Shown: positions 1 through 10,077 of the stretch, one piece after another | How the letters are laid out: each line of letters opens with the position of its first letter | Position numbering within the stretch: position 1 is the first letter of the stretch | From: an uncultured Gemmatimonadales bacterium | Lineage (GTDB): Bacteria; Gemmatimonadota; Gemmatimonadetes; Gemmatimonadales; Gemmatimonadaceae | Reading direction: 5' to 3' | Assembly: GCA_963793305.1 (NCBI GenBank) | Contig: CAWBZV010000002.1 | Span: 576,001 to 640,000, forward strand | Length of the DNA stretch: 64,000 nucleotides | Program-made: the position numbers and the translations under genes | The notes under the pieces: generated by a model | The model's database searches: none | The model's input: only the letters and a program-made list of their open reading frames with translations | Told to the model about the DNA's origin: nothing

Positions 1-483
1 ATGCCACGCATCCGCGCGAATGACCGTGCTGCCGATGGCCGTCCCGACGTCGTTCACGCGCCGGTAGAGGTAGATCTTCACGACGAACGCGATCCCCGCC
101 ACGGCCAGCGTGAACGGCTCGGGCAGACGATGGGGGGTTTGGATCAAATGGACGGCGCCGGCCGCGATCGCGATCGCCGCCGCGATCAGCAGCAGCGCGA
201 CCGCCATGCTGGCGAGCGGCTCCGCCTTGCCGTGACCAAACGGGTGGTTCTCGTCCGCCGGCTGCGCGGCGACGTACAGTCCGAACCAGACAATGAGCGA
301 CGACAGGATGTCGCTCGACGACTCGGCCGCATCGGCCACGAGCGCGTACGAGTGTCCGAGGACGCCCGCCGCGAGCTTGACCAGGACGAGGCCGATGTTC
401 GCGGCCAACCCGGTTTGCGTGGATCGGATGCCCTGTTCTGCTCTCGCCTGCAGGAGACCCGACTGCGCTCGCGCGGACATCAT
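1..483 (-). CDS. Cation diffusion facilitator (FieF-like) transporter, 3' part outside the window
   Basis: Hand translation of the minus strand gives ...KLAAGVLGHSYALVADAAESSSD...ADENHPFGHGKAEPLA...IRADAWH; GGAGG RBS at 484-488. Confidence 0.9.
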   Translation of the reverse strand, partial: MMSARAQSGLLQARAEQGIRSTQTGLAANIGLVLVKLAAGVLGHSYALVADAAESSSDILSSLIVWFGLYVAAQPADENHPFGHGKAEPLASMAVALLLIAAAIAIAAGAVHLIQTPHRLPEPFTLAVAGIAFVVKIYLYRRVNDVGTAIGSTVIRADAWH

Positions 484-530
484 CCTCCAAATCTTGACGC
501 CACGGTCAGGCGCCCGCTAGCCTCCCTTCC

Positions 531-1499
531 ATGACTGTCTCAGCCTTCCTGAAAGAGCACTTCCGGCACTTCAACGCCGCCGCCTTGATGGACGCCGCCG
601 AGGGATATCGGCGGCACCTCGATTCCGGTGGCAGCATGCTCGTCACGTTGGCCGGCGCCATGAGCACGGCCGAGCTGGGGCGGTCCTTGGCGGAAATGAT
701 CCGCAAGGGCAAGGTGCAGGGGATCGCCTGCACGGGGGCGAATCTCGAAGAAGACGTGTTCAACCTGGTCGCCCACAAACACTACACGCGCGTCCCGAAT
801 TACCGCGATCTGACGCCCGCTGACGAGCAGAAGCTCCTCGAGCGGCACATGAACCGGGTCACGGACACGTGCATCCCGGAGGCCGAGGCGATGCGGCGGA
901 TCGAGCGCGCGGTGCTCGAGGAATGGGTCAAAGCGGATCGCGAGGGCAAGCGCTATTTCCCGCACGAGTTCATGTATCGCATCCTGCGCAGCGGCGTGCT
1001 CAAGAGCGAGTACGAGATCGACCCGAAAGACTCGTGGCTGTTGGCTGCCGCCGAGCGGGACCTGCCGATGTTCGTTCCCGGTTGGGAGGATTCGACGCTG
1101 GGCAACATGTACGCGGGCCACTGTATCTCCGGCGACGTGTGCAACGTGCACACAGTGCGCACGGGCATCGAGTACATGATCAAGTTGGCGGACTGGTATC
1201 AGACAACGTCCGCTAAGTCCTCGATCGGTTTCTTCCAGATCGGCGGCGGCATCGCGGGCGATTTTCCCATCTGCGTCGTGCCCATGCTGCACCAAGATCT
1301 GCAGCGGCCCGAGGTTCCACTCTGGGGCTACTTCTGCCAGATCTCGGATTCCACGACTTCGTACGGATCGTACTCCGGGGCTGTCCCCAACGAGAAGATC
1401 ACCTGGGGCAAGCTCGGCGTGGACACGCCCAAGTTCATCATCGAGTCCGACGCCTCGATCGTCGCTCCCCTCGTCTTCGCCCTCGTACTCGACTGGTAG
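531..1499 (+). CDS. Deoxyhypusine synthase-like protein
   Basis: Motifs TLAGAMSTAELG, CTGANLEED, GGGIAGDF, YSGAVPNEKITWGK. Confidence 0.92.
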   Translation: MTVSAFLKEHFRHFNAAALMDAAEGYRRHLDSGGSMLVTLAGAMSTAELGRSLAEMIRKGKVQGIACTGANLEEDVFNLVAHKHYTRVPNYRDLTPADEQKLLERHMNRVTDTCIPEAEAMRRIERAVLEEWVKADREGKRYFPHEFMYRILRSGVLKSEYEIDPKDSWLLAAAERDLPMFVPGWEDSTLGNMYAGHCISGDVCNVHTVRTGIEYMIKLADWYQTTSAKSSIGFFQIGGGIAGDFPICVVPMLHQDLQRPEVPLWGYFCQISDSTTSYGSYSGAVPNEKITWGKLGVDTPKFIIESDASIVAPLVFALVLDW

Positions 1500-1503
1500 C
1501 GCG

Positions 1504-3114
1504 TTACGGGTATCGCCAAGCGTACGTGACGCTGAGTTGTGTCTGGGCGTAGTACGCAGCCGGCGAGGGCACGTTGTTCGCGTTCGTGATCCGCGCGAGC
1601 TGCACGCTGAGCGTGATCGGCAGGATGCGAGTCAGTAGCCGAGCCGAGAGATCGCCGAGGTAGGCAGTTTGCACGGGATGCCCGGGCTCGTTCGTCGGAA
1701 ACGGCGGGTTTCCGACGTTGACTGGCGAGACCGCGGGCCGGGTGTCGATGCGCAGCAGCCCGCGACGCCAACGGCCGATATCAGCGCTGATGCAAAGAAG
1801 ACCCGTGGGGAAGGCCTCGGCCCCAAGCCGGAGATAGTCGGCGTCGGGCCCGAGCTGAGACCCGATCGGCTCGTTCCAGAACTGCTGGACCTCGAAATAG
1901 TACTTCCGCATGTACAGGTAGCTGTCCGATCGATCGTACTCGACCTCGGCGTCGATCGGGACCAATGCCAAGATGGGAATCGGGGTATCGGCCACGAGGC
2001 GCCAGCCAAGTTGGTCCGGTGTCTTCGCCCTATCGGCCGCATCGATCTGGATGTCGTCGACGAAGAGCTCACCGGCCAGCGTCACGGGGCCAAGGCGCGT
2101 TCGCAGGGCAAAGAAGTCGATGAGGTTATCTCTCGCGTCGTCGCCGGTGCGTCCCGTGTCGTGCTGGATGATGAGATAGGGCAGGAACGGGTCGACATAG
2201 AGCAGATCGGGCGCTCGCGAACCGCGGGACGAGACCGCGGTCTCGCCAATCGTGAGCTCCAACATGCGGTCTGGTCGCCAGGTGATCTCGTGCGCGAACA
2301 GCCAGCGGTAGAAGTGGAGCGGCTGGAGCCCTGAGGCCAACCCATCGTGGGCCGAATCCAGCGTGACGTCGTTCAGCAGCCCGGCGTACGCCCGCCCTTC
2401 GAAGTGGGCCGTTCGGAACCCAAAGGCGAGGCGATCGATCGGCGGTCCGTTGGCCGAGAGCGCATACGAATCGTTCCCGGAGCCCAGCCAGGCCTCTCGA
2501 CCACGGCCGAGGGTCGCGTAGAAGGCTCCGGCGCCGGCCGCGATGTACGTCTCGTCGAGGTTCGCCGCGACCTTGTTCTTGAGCCCCTCATCAGCCGGGA
2601 GGGTGGGATCGTTCCTCCCGCTCGTTTCGACGAAGCCCGAAACGACGACCGCGACGTGCTGTCCGTCGCTCCAGGTCACGCGCGGCTCCAGGACGCCGAC
2701 GAGCGGCGGCGTCCCGTCATCGGTTGGTCGTACGTTCTCCCAAAGAGGACGGAAGACCCCGTTTGACAGTCCTGTCGCGCGGACAGTCGCGGCCGCGCCG
2801 CCTCGCAGAGCTGGCATAGTGTCAGCCGGCGCGGGCGCGAATCGTGCACGCAACGCATTCAAAAGGGGTCCGACACATTGACGTTGCGTTCTGGCAGCTT
2901 CGAGCGCGGACCGTATCGCGCCGACCTCGTATGGTCGATTGGGCGAGACACGGGCGGCCGCGCAGCCGAGTCGCTCGAGTGCGGCGAGTTGCGTATAGGC
3001 GGGATCGTCGAGCGGAAGAGTGACGAGGCCGGACTGCGCGTGAGCGAAGTCGGGGAAGCTGAGCGCGGGGAGCGCGGCGAGCGCGATGAGCGCGAAGTGG
3101 GTCCCGAGGGCCAT
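1504..3114 (-). CDS. Capsule assembly Wzi-like outer-membrane beta-barrel protein
   Basis: Signal peptide; GR..WLGSG..ALSANGPP, IGET, GELFVDDIQ and PIGSQLGPDAD motifs; aromatic C-terminus. Confidence 0.65.
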   Translation of the reverse strand: MALGTHFALIALAALPALSFPDFAHAQSGLVTLPLDDPAYTQLAALERLGCAAARVSPNRPYEVGAIRSALEAARTQRQCVGPLLNALRARFAPAPADTMPALRGGAAATVRATGLSNGVFRPLWENVRPTDDGTPPLVGVLEPRVTWSDGQHVAVVVSGFVETSGRNDPTLPADEGLKNKVAANLDETYIAAGAGAFYATLGRGREAWLGSGNDSYALSANGPPIDRLAFGFRTAHFEGRAYAGLLNDVTLDSAHDGLASGLQPLHFYRWLFAHEITWRPDRMLELTIGETAVSSRGSRAPDLLYVDPFLPYLIIQHDTGRTGDDARDNLIDFFALRTRLGPVTLAGELFVDDIQIDAADRAKTPDQLGWRLVADTPIPILALVPIDAEVEYDRSDSYLYMRKYYFEVQQFWNEPIGSQLGPDADYLRLGAEAFPTGLLCISADIGRWRRGLLRIDTRPAVSPVNVGNPPFPTNEPGHPVQTAYLGDLSARLLTRILPITLSVQLARITNANNVPSPAAYYAQTQLSVTYAWRYP

Positions 3115-3257
3115 GAGGTCCGGTTACGACTCAATCTATGACGACGTTCCTATTCGGTCACGGTGGAACCCAACGTTCCGGTGTGGGTAGCGGCATGCTA
3201 GCGTGGGGAGATACCGCTACTTTGCTGGCACCCCACGTGTCATTTACCTCATCCCTC

Positions 3258-6200
3258 ATGCACTCGCGGACCACGCGCCTCATCGTGCTGGCGGCTATCG
3301 CCCTGATGCTTCCGGGGGCGGTGCGCGCCCAGTACTTCGGAGAGAACAAGGTGGCCTACCGGAATTTCGATTTCCGGGAGATGCACACCCCTCACTTCGA
3401 TATCTACTACTACACCGCGGAGTCCTTGGCCACCGCGGACGTGGCTCGCATGGCCGAACGATGGTATGAGCGCCATTCGGCAACGCTGCGCGACACGTTC
3501 CCCAAGAAGCCGATCGTGCTGTTCTCGGATCCGCCGGCGTTCTCGCAACAGAATATCGCCTACATCCCGCTCGGCGGTCCCGTCGGCGGCGTGACGGAGC
3601 CCATCCGGAATCGCGCGATCATTCCGATGAGCCCCGACTATCATCAGACCGACCACGTGCTCGGCCACGAGTTGGTGCACACCTTCCAGTTCGATATCGC
3701 CGAGAATATCCGTGGGCCGGGTGGTGGCGGGATCGGCGCGTTCGAGCGCATTCCGCTGTGGGCCACCGAAGGCATGGCCGAGTATCTCTCGATCGGCCGC
3801 GATGACCCGAACTCGGCCATGTATCTGCGCGACGCCGTGTTGCGGAACGACATCCCGGCCCTCCGCAGGCTCGGACGGGGCAACTACTTCATCTATCGGT
3901 GGGGCCAGATCTTCTGGGCGTACGTCGGTGGCAAGTACGGGGACGATGTGATCCCGCGGCTTTTCCGTCAGGCGCTGCGCACGGGCTTCGAGCCCGCGGT
4001 CCGGAACGTCCTCGGGATGTCCAGCGACTCGCTGAGCCGGGAGATGGCGGCTGCCATCCGCCGCGAGGTCACCCCGCAGCTCAATGGACTCGTCCGTCCC
4101 GAGAACGTCGGCGATCGCCCGCTGCAGCCGATGAGCCGGCGGTTCGGCGACATCGACGTCGGGCCGGCCTTGAGCCCTGACGGCAAGTACGTCTCGTTCT
4201 TCACGCAACGTGGTCTGTTCCAGATCGATCTCTACGTAGCCGATGTCGAGACGGGCCGGATCGTGCACAAGCTGACCAGCATCAACTCCAACCCGCACTA
4301 CGACGCCTTGAATTTCGGCGGCTCGGCCGGGTCGTGGTCACCCGATGGCCAGCGCCTCGCGGTGGGTGTCTACGCGAAGGGCAAGGAAATGATCGGGATC
4401 TTCAATGTCCAACATGGCGGCTTGGAGCGGAAGATCGACATTCCCGAAGTCACGACGGCCGAGGACATCTCGTGGGGCGTCGACGACAAGTTGGCGTTCT
4501 CCGGCAACCACGGCGGCATCACGGACTTGTACGTGTATGATCTCAAGACCGGGAAAACGACGCAGCTCACGGATGACCGGTTCGCGCAGATTCAGCCAGC
4601 ATGGTCGCCAGATGGCAAGTACATCGCCTATGTGACGGACAGCGGCACGACGGACATGAACAAGCTGGCGTGGGGTCCGCTCCACGTCATGATCCGCGAC
4701 ATGACGACGGGAACGTCGCGCATGCTGCCGACGTTCCCGAACGCCAAGGCGATCAATCCGCAGTGGACGCCCGACGGCAAGGGCATCTACTTCGTCGCCG
4801 ACCGGAATGGCATTCCCGACATTTATCGCGAGAACATCGAGACGGGCGAGATCACCCAGATCACCCGAATCGCGACGGGCGTGACGGGCATCCTGCCCAT
4901 GTCGGCTACGATGACGGTGGCGCGCACCAGCGGCCGGATCATGTTCGACGTGTTCGCCCGTGAGGGATACGAGCTGCACCGCTTGGATCCGGAAGCCGCG
5001 GCCGGCACGCCGCTGATCGCTGGGCAAGGTGACACGACCTCGGTCGGCGTCCTGCCGCCGACGGATGTGCCAGGCGGCGGGGCAGTGACCGCCCGCATTG
5101 CCAATGCCAGCACGGCGCTGCCACCGGAGCACGATTTTCCGACCGGGCCGTATCATCCCTCGTTCGGGCTGGAGTACCTCGGCTCGCCAGGCGTGGGTGT
5201 GGCCGTCGGGGGGCCGTTCGGCAGCGGACTCGCCGGTGGCGTCTCGGCGTATTTCGGCGATCAGCTGGAGAACAACGTCCTCGCCGCGCAGCTCGCCGGG
5301 TCTGGGCAGATCCAGGACTTCGGCGGCGAGGTCTTGTACATCAATCAGGCGCACCGCCTCATCTTTGGCGCCAGCGTCGGTCACATTCCGTACTTGACTG
5401 GTGGGACGTTCGTGAGCGACACGACGCTGCCGACGTCCGGCGGCGGGTCGGCCCCAGGGCAAGTCATCCACGAGGTCTTCGAGCGCGCGTTCTATGAGAC
5501 CGGGACATTGTTCGCCCAATACCCGTTCTCACAGTACCGGCGTCTCGAGTTGAGTGCGGGATATACGTACCTGCACTATCAGATCACGCAGGACGAGTAC
5601 ATCACCGACAATTTCGGGAACATCCTGACCGCGAATTACAACCAGGGGTTCCCGGGCACGCCGCCCGGGCTCAGTCTCTGGCAGACGAGCATTGCGTATG
5701 CGACCGACTACACGACGTTCGGGTTCACCTCGCCGATCGCCGGCGCGCGATATCGATTCGAGGTCGATCCGACATTCGGTAACCTCCTGTATACGACCGT
5801 GCTGGCCGATTACCGGCGGTACATCTTCGCCAATCCGGTGACCTTCGCGTTCCGGTTGACTCACTACGGGCGGTATGGTCGCGACGCCGAAGATTCGTCG
5901 ACGCTCTTTCCGTTGTACGTCGGCGATCCGTATTTCATCCGCGGGTACGATTACAACACGATCAACATCAACGAGTGTCAGGGGCCGACCGTGGCGAACG
6001 GCGGCTGCCCGGTGCTCGACCGGTTGTTCGGCAGCAAGATCGCCGCGGCGAACTTCGAGATCCGGTTCCCGCTGACCGGTGTCGCGCAATACGGGTTGAT
6101 CAACTTCCCCTATCTGCCGATCAACGTCGCGCCGTTCGTCGACGCGGGCGTCGCGTGGTACAACCACGATACGCCGGTGTTCAAGTTCTCCGAGACCTCG

Positions 6201-6350
6201 AGCCAGCGCATTCCGGTGTTCTCCAGCGGCATCAGCACCCGCATCAACGTGCTCGGCTACATCGTCGCCGAGGTCTTCTGGGCCTATCCGTTCCAGCGAC
6301 CTATGCAGAAATCCGGGATCTGGGGTTTCCAGATTCTCCCAGGCTGGTGA
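3258..6350 (+). CDS. Omp85/BamA-family protein with N-terminal HExxH metallopeptidase domain and TolB-like (PD40) beta-propeller
   Basis: Signal peptide ending AQYFGENKV; HELVH...WATEGMAEY; repeated WSPDG/LSPDG; barrel motif IRGY, NFEIRFP, FVDAG; C-terminal Trp. Confidence 0.85.
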   Translation: MHSRTTRLIVLAAIALMLPGAVRAQYFGENKVAYRNFDFREMHTPHFDIYYYTAESLATADVARMAERWYERHSATLRDTFPKKPIVLFSDPPAFSQQNIAYIPLGGPVGGVTEPIRNRAIIPMSPDYHQTDHVLGHELVHTFQFDIAENIRGPGGGGIGAFERIPLWATEGMAEYLSIGRDDPNSAMYLRDAVLRNDIPALRRLGRGNYFIYRWGQIFWAYVGGKYGDDVIPRLFRQALRTGFEPAVRNVLGMSSDSLSREMAAAIRREVTPQLNGLVRPENVGDRPLQPMSRRFGDIDVGPALSPDGKYVSFFTQRGLFQIDLYVADVETGRIVHKLTSINSNPHYDALNFGGSAGSWSPDGQRLAVGVYAKGKEMIGIFNVQHGGLERKIDIPEVTTAEDISWGVDDKLAFSGNHGGITDLYVYDLKTGKTTQLTDDRFAQIQPAWSPDGKYIAYVTDSGTTDMNKLAWGPLHVMIRDMTTGTSRMLPTFPNAKAINPQWTPDGKGIYFVADRNGIPDIYRENIETGEITQITRIATGVTGILPMSATMTVARTSGRIMFDVFAREGYELHRLDPEAAAGTPLIAGQGDTTSVGVLPPTDVPGGGAVTARIANASTALPPEHDFPTGPYHPSFGLEYLGSPGVGVAVGGPFGSGLAGGVSAYFGDQLENNVLAAQLAGSGQIQDFGGEVLYINQAHRLIFGASVGHIPYLTGGTFVSDTTLPTSGGGSAPGQVIHEVFERAFYETGTLFAQYPFSQYRRLELSAGYTYLHYQITQDEYITDNFGNILTANYNQGFPGTPPGLSLWQTSIAYATDYTTFGFTSPIAGARYRFEVDPTFGNLLYTTVLADYRRYIFANPVTFAFRLTHYGRYGRDAEDSSTLFPLYVGDPYFIRGYDYNTININECQGPTVANGGCPVLDRLFGSKIAAANFEIRFPLTGVAQYGLINFPYLPINVAPFVDAGVAWYNHDTPVFKFSETSSQRIPVFSSGISTRINVLGYIVAEVFWAYPFQRPMQKSGIWGFQILPGW

Positions 6351-6361
6351 GCAATTTTTCC

Positions 6362-6394
6362 AAAGGCCCGCCTCGCTTCGCGTAGGCGGGCCTT
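6362..6394. terminator. Intrinsic terminator-like hairpin
   Basis: AAAGGCCCGCCT...AGGCGGGCCTTT inverted repeat just after the Omp85 stop. Confidence 0.8.
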
Positions 6395-6421
6395 TAGCTT
6401 ATGCGCATGTCTGGTTCGCGT

Positions 6422-7406
6422 ATGACTCGATTATTGCTTGTGCTGGCGTTGATGGGTAGCGCGTCCGCGCGAAGCGCGGCGCAGACATTGACGGTTCGCC
6501 TCGACACGACGGCCCATGAGATGGTCATGGAGATGCAGCCGATCACCCTCCATAGGATGGTCGAAGCGCAGCCCTGGCACGATCACGATCCCGTTCGATG
6601 GCTGGCTGCAAGGCTACGACTGCCAGCTCGTGGACTCGCATGGCAAGCCGCTCCCACACGCGTTCATTCATCACGTCAACCTGATCGCCCCGGAAAAGCG
6701 CGAGCTCTTCAGCCCGATCATGCTGCGCATCGGCGCCCAGGGCTCGGAAACTCCGGCCGTCGAGCTGCCAAAGATTCTGGGACTCCGGGTGCACCGCGGC
6801 GACACGCTGCTCGTGACCGCGATGTTCCAAAACGCGGGCGCTCACGACATCGTCGGCGCACGGCTCCTCATCCGGATGCCGTACCGAGCAACCGGCGCGG
6901 TCAGCGCGGTCTCCATCTACCCGATGTACTTGGACGTGATGCCACCGGCCGTCGCGAAGTCGTACGACTTGCCCGCGGGCCACTCCGAGAAGAGCTGGGA
7001 AGGCCACCCGGCGGTCTCCGGCCGCATTCTCGCGCTCGGCGCGCACATGCACAAATACGGCACCGCGCTCCGGTTCGAGGATGTCACCGCCAAGAAAGTG
7101 CTGTGGGAGACGAAGCCGATCGTCGACAAGACCGGCGAGCCGGTCGACATGCCGGTCAAGACATTCTGGTGGAGCTTGGGGCTCCCGGTCCGTCCAGACC
7201 ACGTGTATCGGGTCACCGCGATCTACGACAATCCCACGGGACGCACCCTCCCGCTTGGCGGGATGGGCACACTCGGTGGGGTCTTCATGCCATCGAACGT
7301 CGACGCGTGGCCACGCGTCGACCGCACGGCCCCCGACTACGTGCTCGACCTCAAGGACACGATGTCAACGGAAGACATGGCCGGCATGGCCGGCATGGAT
7401 CACTAA
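6422..7406 (+). CDS. Secreted copper type II monooxygenase (PHM)-like protein, apparent +1 frameshift near 6573
   Basis: Signal-peptide frame (6422) joins the 6516 frame at CAGCCCTGGC; HH, HMH and GGMG motifs; Met/His tail. Confidence 0.55.
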
Positions 7407-7831
7407 GGAGTCGGGGTACACGGCGGCGAACGGTCCGCGGTCGGCATGCACGTGAAGTCGTCGACGCCCATGTTCTTATTGATCGTGTACGCCGCGATCT
7501 GATTACGCGCCTGATCGTCCGTCATTGGCAACCGCCGCGCCGCGTGCGACTCGGTCGCCCAGAAGCGCACCCCACAGATCTGCGTGTCCGCGCAGAGCAT
7601 GTGCGCGGTCTTCCGGAGCTCGTCGTCCGACTTCGCGACCTTTGGCGACACGACCACGAAACGGATATCGCCCGAGGTGCCGAGCAGCTTGACGTCCTCC
7701 GATTGCCACCAGGAGCTTGGCGCAGCCAAGATCTGTCCAACCGACCCAGTCGTGCGGCGCGACAGCGCTGCCCCGACGCGCGGCGGAGCCGCGAAGAGAA
7801 CGAAGAGGACGAGCACGAGGCGGCCGGGCAT
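7403..7831 (-). CDS. Hypothetical secreted protein
   Basis: Signal-like N-terminus, Cys pair, fills the gap between neighbours. Confidence 0.5.
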   Translation of the reverse strand: MPGRLVLVLFVLFAAPPRVGAALSRRTTGSVGQILAAPSSWWQSEDVKLLGTSGDIRFVVVSPKVAKSDDELRKTAHMLCADTQICGVRFWATESHAARRLPMTDDQARNQIAAYTINKNMGVDDFTCMPTADRSPPCTPTP

Positions 7832-7900
7832 CGCGTCAAAGCTACCGACGGCCGGGACGGTGGCATGTGACCCGCGTCACGACCGCGTAGCTTTCGCGTT

Positions 7901-8608
7901 ATGCCTGTTTGGCTTGAGTGCCTGCTGGCCGTAGGCATCGTGAGCGCCATTCCATTGGCGAGCGCGGTCGTTTTGCTCGTGGATCCGACGGTGCTACGCC
8001 GATCCGTCCCCGTGCTCGTCCGACTGGCGACCGGCGCGCTCATTGGCGCCGTGCTGTTCGACCTGATCCCGGAAGCTCTTGCCGCCGGTCAGCGACCCGT
8101 GCGCGTCGCTACGTCGCTCGTCGTGGGCCTTCTGGGCTTTGGACTTATTGACCAGGTGTTCGACCGACTCACATCGAGTCGGCGGATCGTCTGGCTCAAC
8201 TTCACGGGTGACGTCCTGCACAACGCGGTTGACGGCGTGCTCATCGCCGCGTCGTTTCTCGCCAATCCTTCGGTCGGGATCATCGCCACGCTCGCCGTCT
8301 CGCTGCACGAGATCCCTCGCGAGCTCGGAAGCCTGGGCATATTCATCCACGGCGGCCTGGCGCCCGTCCGCGCCTATGGCCTCAATGCGCTGACCGGTCT
8401 CGCGGCGCTCGGGGGTGCGGCGCTGACACTGGTCATCGGCCTCCGCGCCCGCGGGATCGCGACGGAGATGATTCCGATTGCCGCGGGCACGTTCCTGTAT
8501 CTCGCTGGCACCCTGATACGGTCGACCGGCCGCCCGCGCCTCGCGGACGCTGGTTGGATCGCCGCCGGCCTCGCCCTGATAGCCGTTACTGAACAGTTTT
8601 TCGCATAA
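7901..8608 (+). CDS. ZIP family metal transporter
   Basis: Hydrophobic; LHNAVDG and LHEIPRELG motifs. Confidence 0.88.
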   Translation: MPVWLECLLAVGIVSAIPLASAVVLLVDPTVLRRSVPVLVRLATGALIGAVLFDLIPEALAAGQRPVRVATSLVVGLLGFGLIDQVFDRLTSSRRIVWLNFTGDVLHNAVDGVLIAASFLANPSVGIIATLAVSLHEIPRELGSLGIFIHGGLAPVRAYGLNALTGLAALGGAALTLVIGLRARGIATEMIPIAAGTFLYLAGTLIRSTGRPRLADAGWIAAGLALIAVTEQFFA

Positions 8609-10040
8609 GCGCTTCGATCTCGCTCGCCTCGCGAGGCGCGGTCGATGTGCGCTTGAGGCCACTCGAGGTGAGCACGTAATCGTCCTCGATGCGCACGCCG
8701 ATATTGGCGTAGCGCTGGATCAGGGAGCGCACCCGCTCGGCGTACGCCCGATTGCGCGGCGTGTCGGGTATGATGGACAAGATGTCGGCCTTGACGTACA
8801 CACCGGGCTCGATGGTGAGCGCGTCACCGACCGCGAATGTCTTCTCGCCGTAGTAGAACTGCGCCGGATCGTGCACATCGAGCCCCAGTCCATGACTCGG
8901 CCCGTGCGGAGCGAAGAGCCGCCATTGCGGACATGTATCCCCGGTCTGTCCGCAGAAGCCTTTCGGCGCATCCACGACGGCGGCCGCCGAATCGATGAGA
9001 TGCAACCGCACCAGCCCGGCAATGATGACATTGCCGATGCTATCGCGTTCGGCGGCGGCGGTGACGCCGGGCTTGACCTGCCGCTCGCCCGCCGCCTGCG
9101 CGTCCCGAATGATCTGATAGATCGCCCGCTGATCAGCGGTAAACGTGCCGCTCACCGGAACCGTCCGGGTGATGTCCGCCGCGTACCCCTGCACGCTGGC
9201 GGCACAGTCCATTACGACGACCTCGCCGGACTTCATCACGCGATCGTCGCGATCGTAGTGGAGCGTGGTGCCGTTTGGACCGGAGCCGACAATCGACGCA
9301 TAAGCCGGAAACCCGTCGCCCCCGTTCCGACGGAACGTGTACTCCATGAGTCCTTGCACGTCCGCCTCGCTCTTGCCAGGCGCGATCTCGGCCAGCACCG
9401 CCTTGTGTCCGAGCGACGACACCGCCGCCGCGCGCTCCAGCAACGCCATCTCGGCGGGACTCTTTCGCGCCCGCATCTCGTCCAGGATCTGCGTCGCGTC
9501 TTTGACCACGAGCGACGGATGCGCCGCATGCAGTGTTCGCACCAGCGCGCTGCCGAAGCTCAACGAGTCATCGGCGATGAATTCATCCGACTCGGCGTCG
9601 CTGGCGACCCACAATGGCAGGCCCGCCCCGGCCAGGGAGTCGAGATCAGCCTCGAGCTGCGTATTGCGCGCCGAGGCCATGCCGGTCTCGCGCATGATCG
9701 CCTCGGGCGACATGCGTTCGCCCGTGTAGAACTCCCGCCGAGGGTTCGACGGCTGCACGTAGAGCGTGGCCGTCGTATGCCCACCACGCCGGACGACGAC
9801 GAGGGACGCGTCGGGCGCCAGAAAGCCGGTCAGGTACCGGAACGGCGCTCGCTGCTTGAACGGCGGGTAATGATCGACCGGCTCGCGAGCACCGGCGATG
9901 AAGAAGATGCCACTGTCGATCCGCGCGACGATCGCGTCGCGGCGGGCGTGGTACTCGGCCTGGGTGATCTGGGCGCCGCCGAGCATGGGCGTCGCGGCGA
10001 GCGCGCAGACGAAGAGACACGAGAGTCGGGCGTTTGGCAT
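8586..10040 (-). CDS. pepP: Xaa-Pro aminopeptidase (M24B), probably secreted
   Basis: GYAADITRT, HGPSHGLGLDVHD, TIEPGVY, GVRIEDD; start chosen at MPNARL. Confidence 0.9.
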   Translation of the reverse strand: MPNARLSCLFVCALAATPMLGGAQITQAEYHARRDAIVARIDSGIFFIAGAREPVDHYPPFKQRAPFRYLTGFLAPDASLVVVRRGGHTTATLYVQPSNPRREFYTGERMSPEAIMRETGMASARNTQLEADLDSLAGAGLPLWVASDAESDEFIADDSLSFGSALVRTLHAAHPSLVVKDATQILDEMRARKSPAEMALLERAAAVSSLGHKAVLAEIAPGKSEADVQGLMEYTFRRNGGDGFPAYASIVGSGPNGTTLHYDRDDRVMKSGEVVVMDCAASVQGYAADITRTVPVSGTFTADQRAIYQIIRDAQAAGERQVKPGVTAAAERDSIGNVIIAGLVRLHLIDSAAAVVDAPKGFCGQTGDTCPQWRLFAPHGPSHGLGLDVHDPAQFYYGEKTFAVGDALTIEPGVYVKADILSIIPDTPRNRAYAERVRSLIQRYANIGVRIEDDYVLTSSGLKRTSTAPREASEIEALMRKTVQ

Positions 10041-10077
10041 GCGCAATTTTAGCGCGGCCGGTAACTTCCGGATAGTC

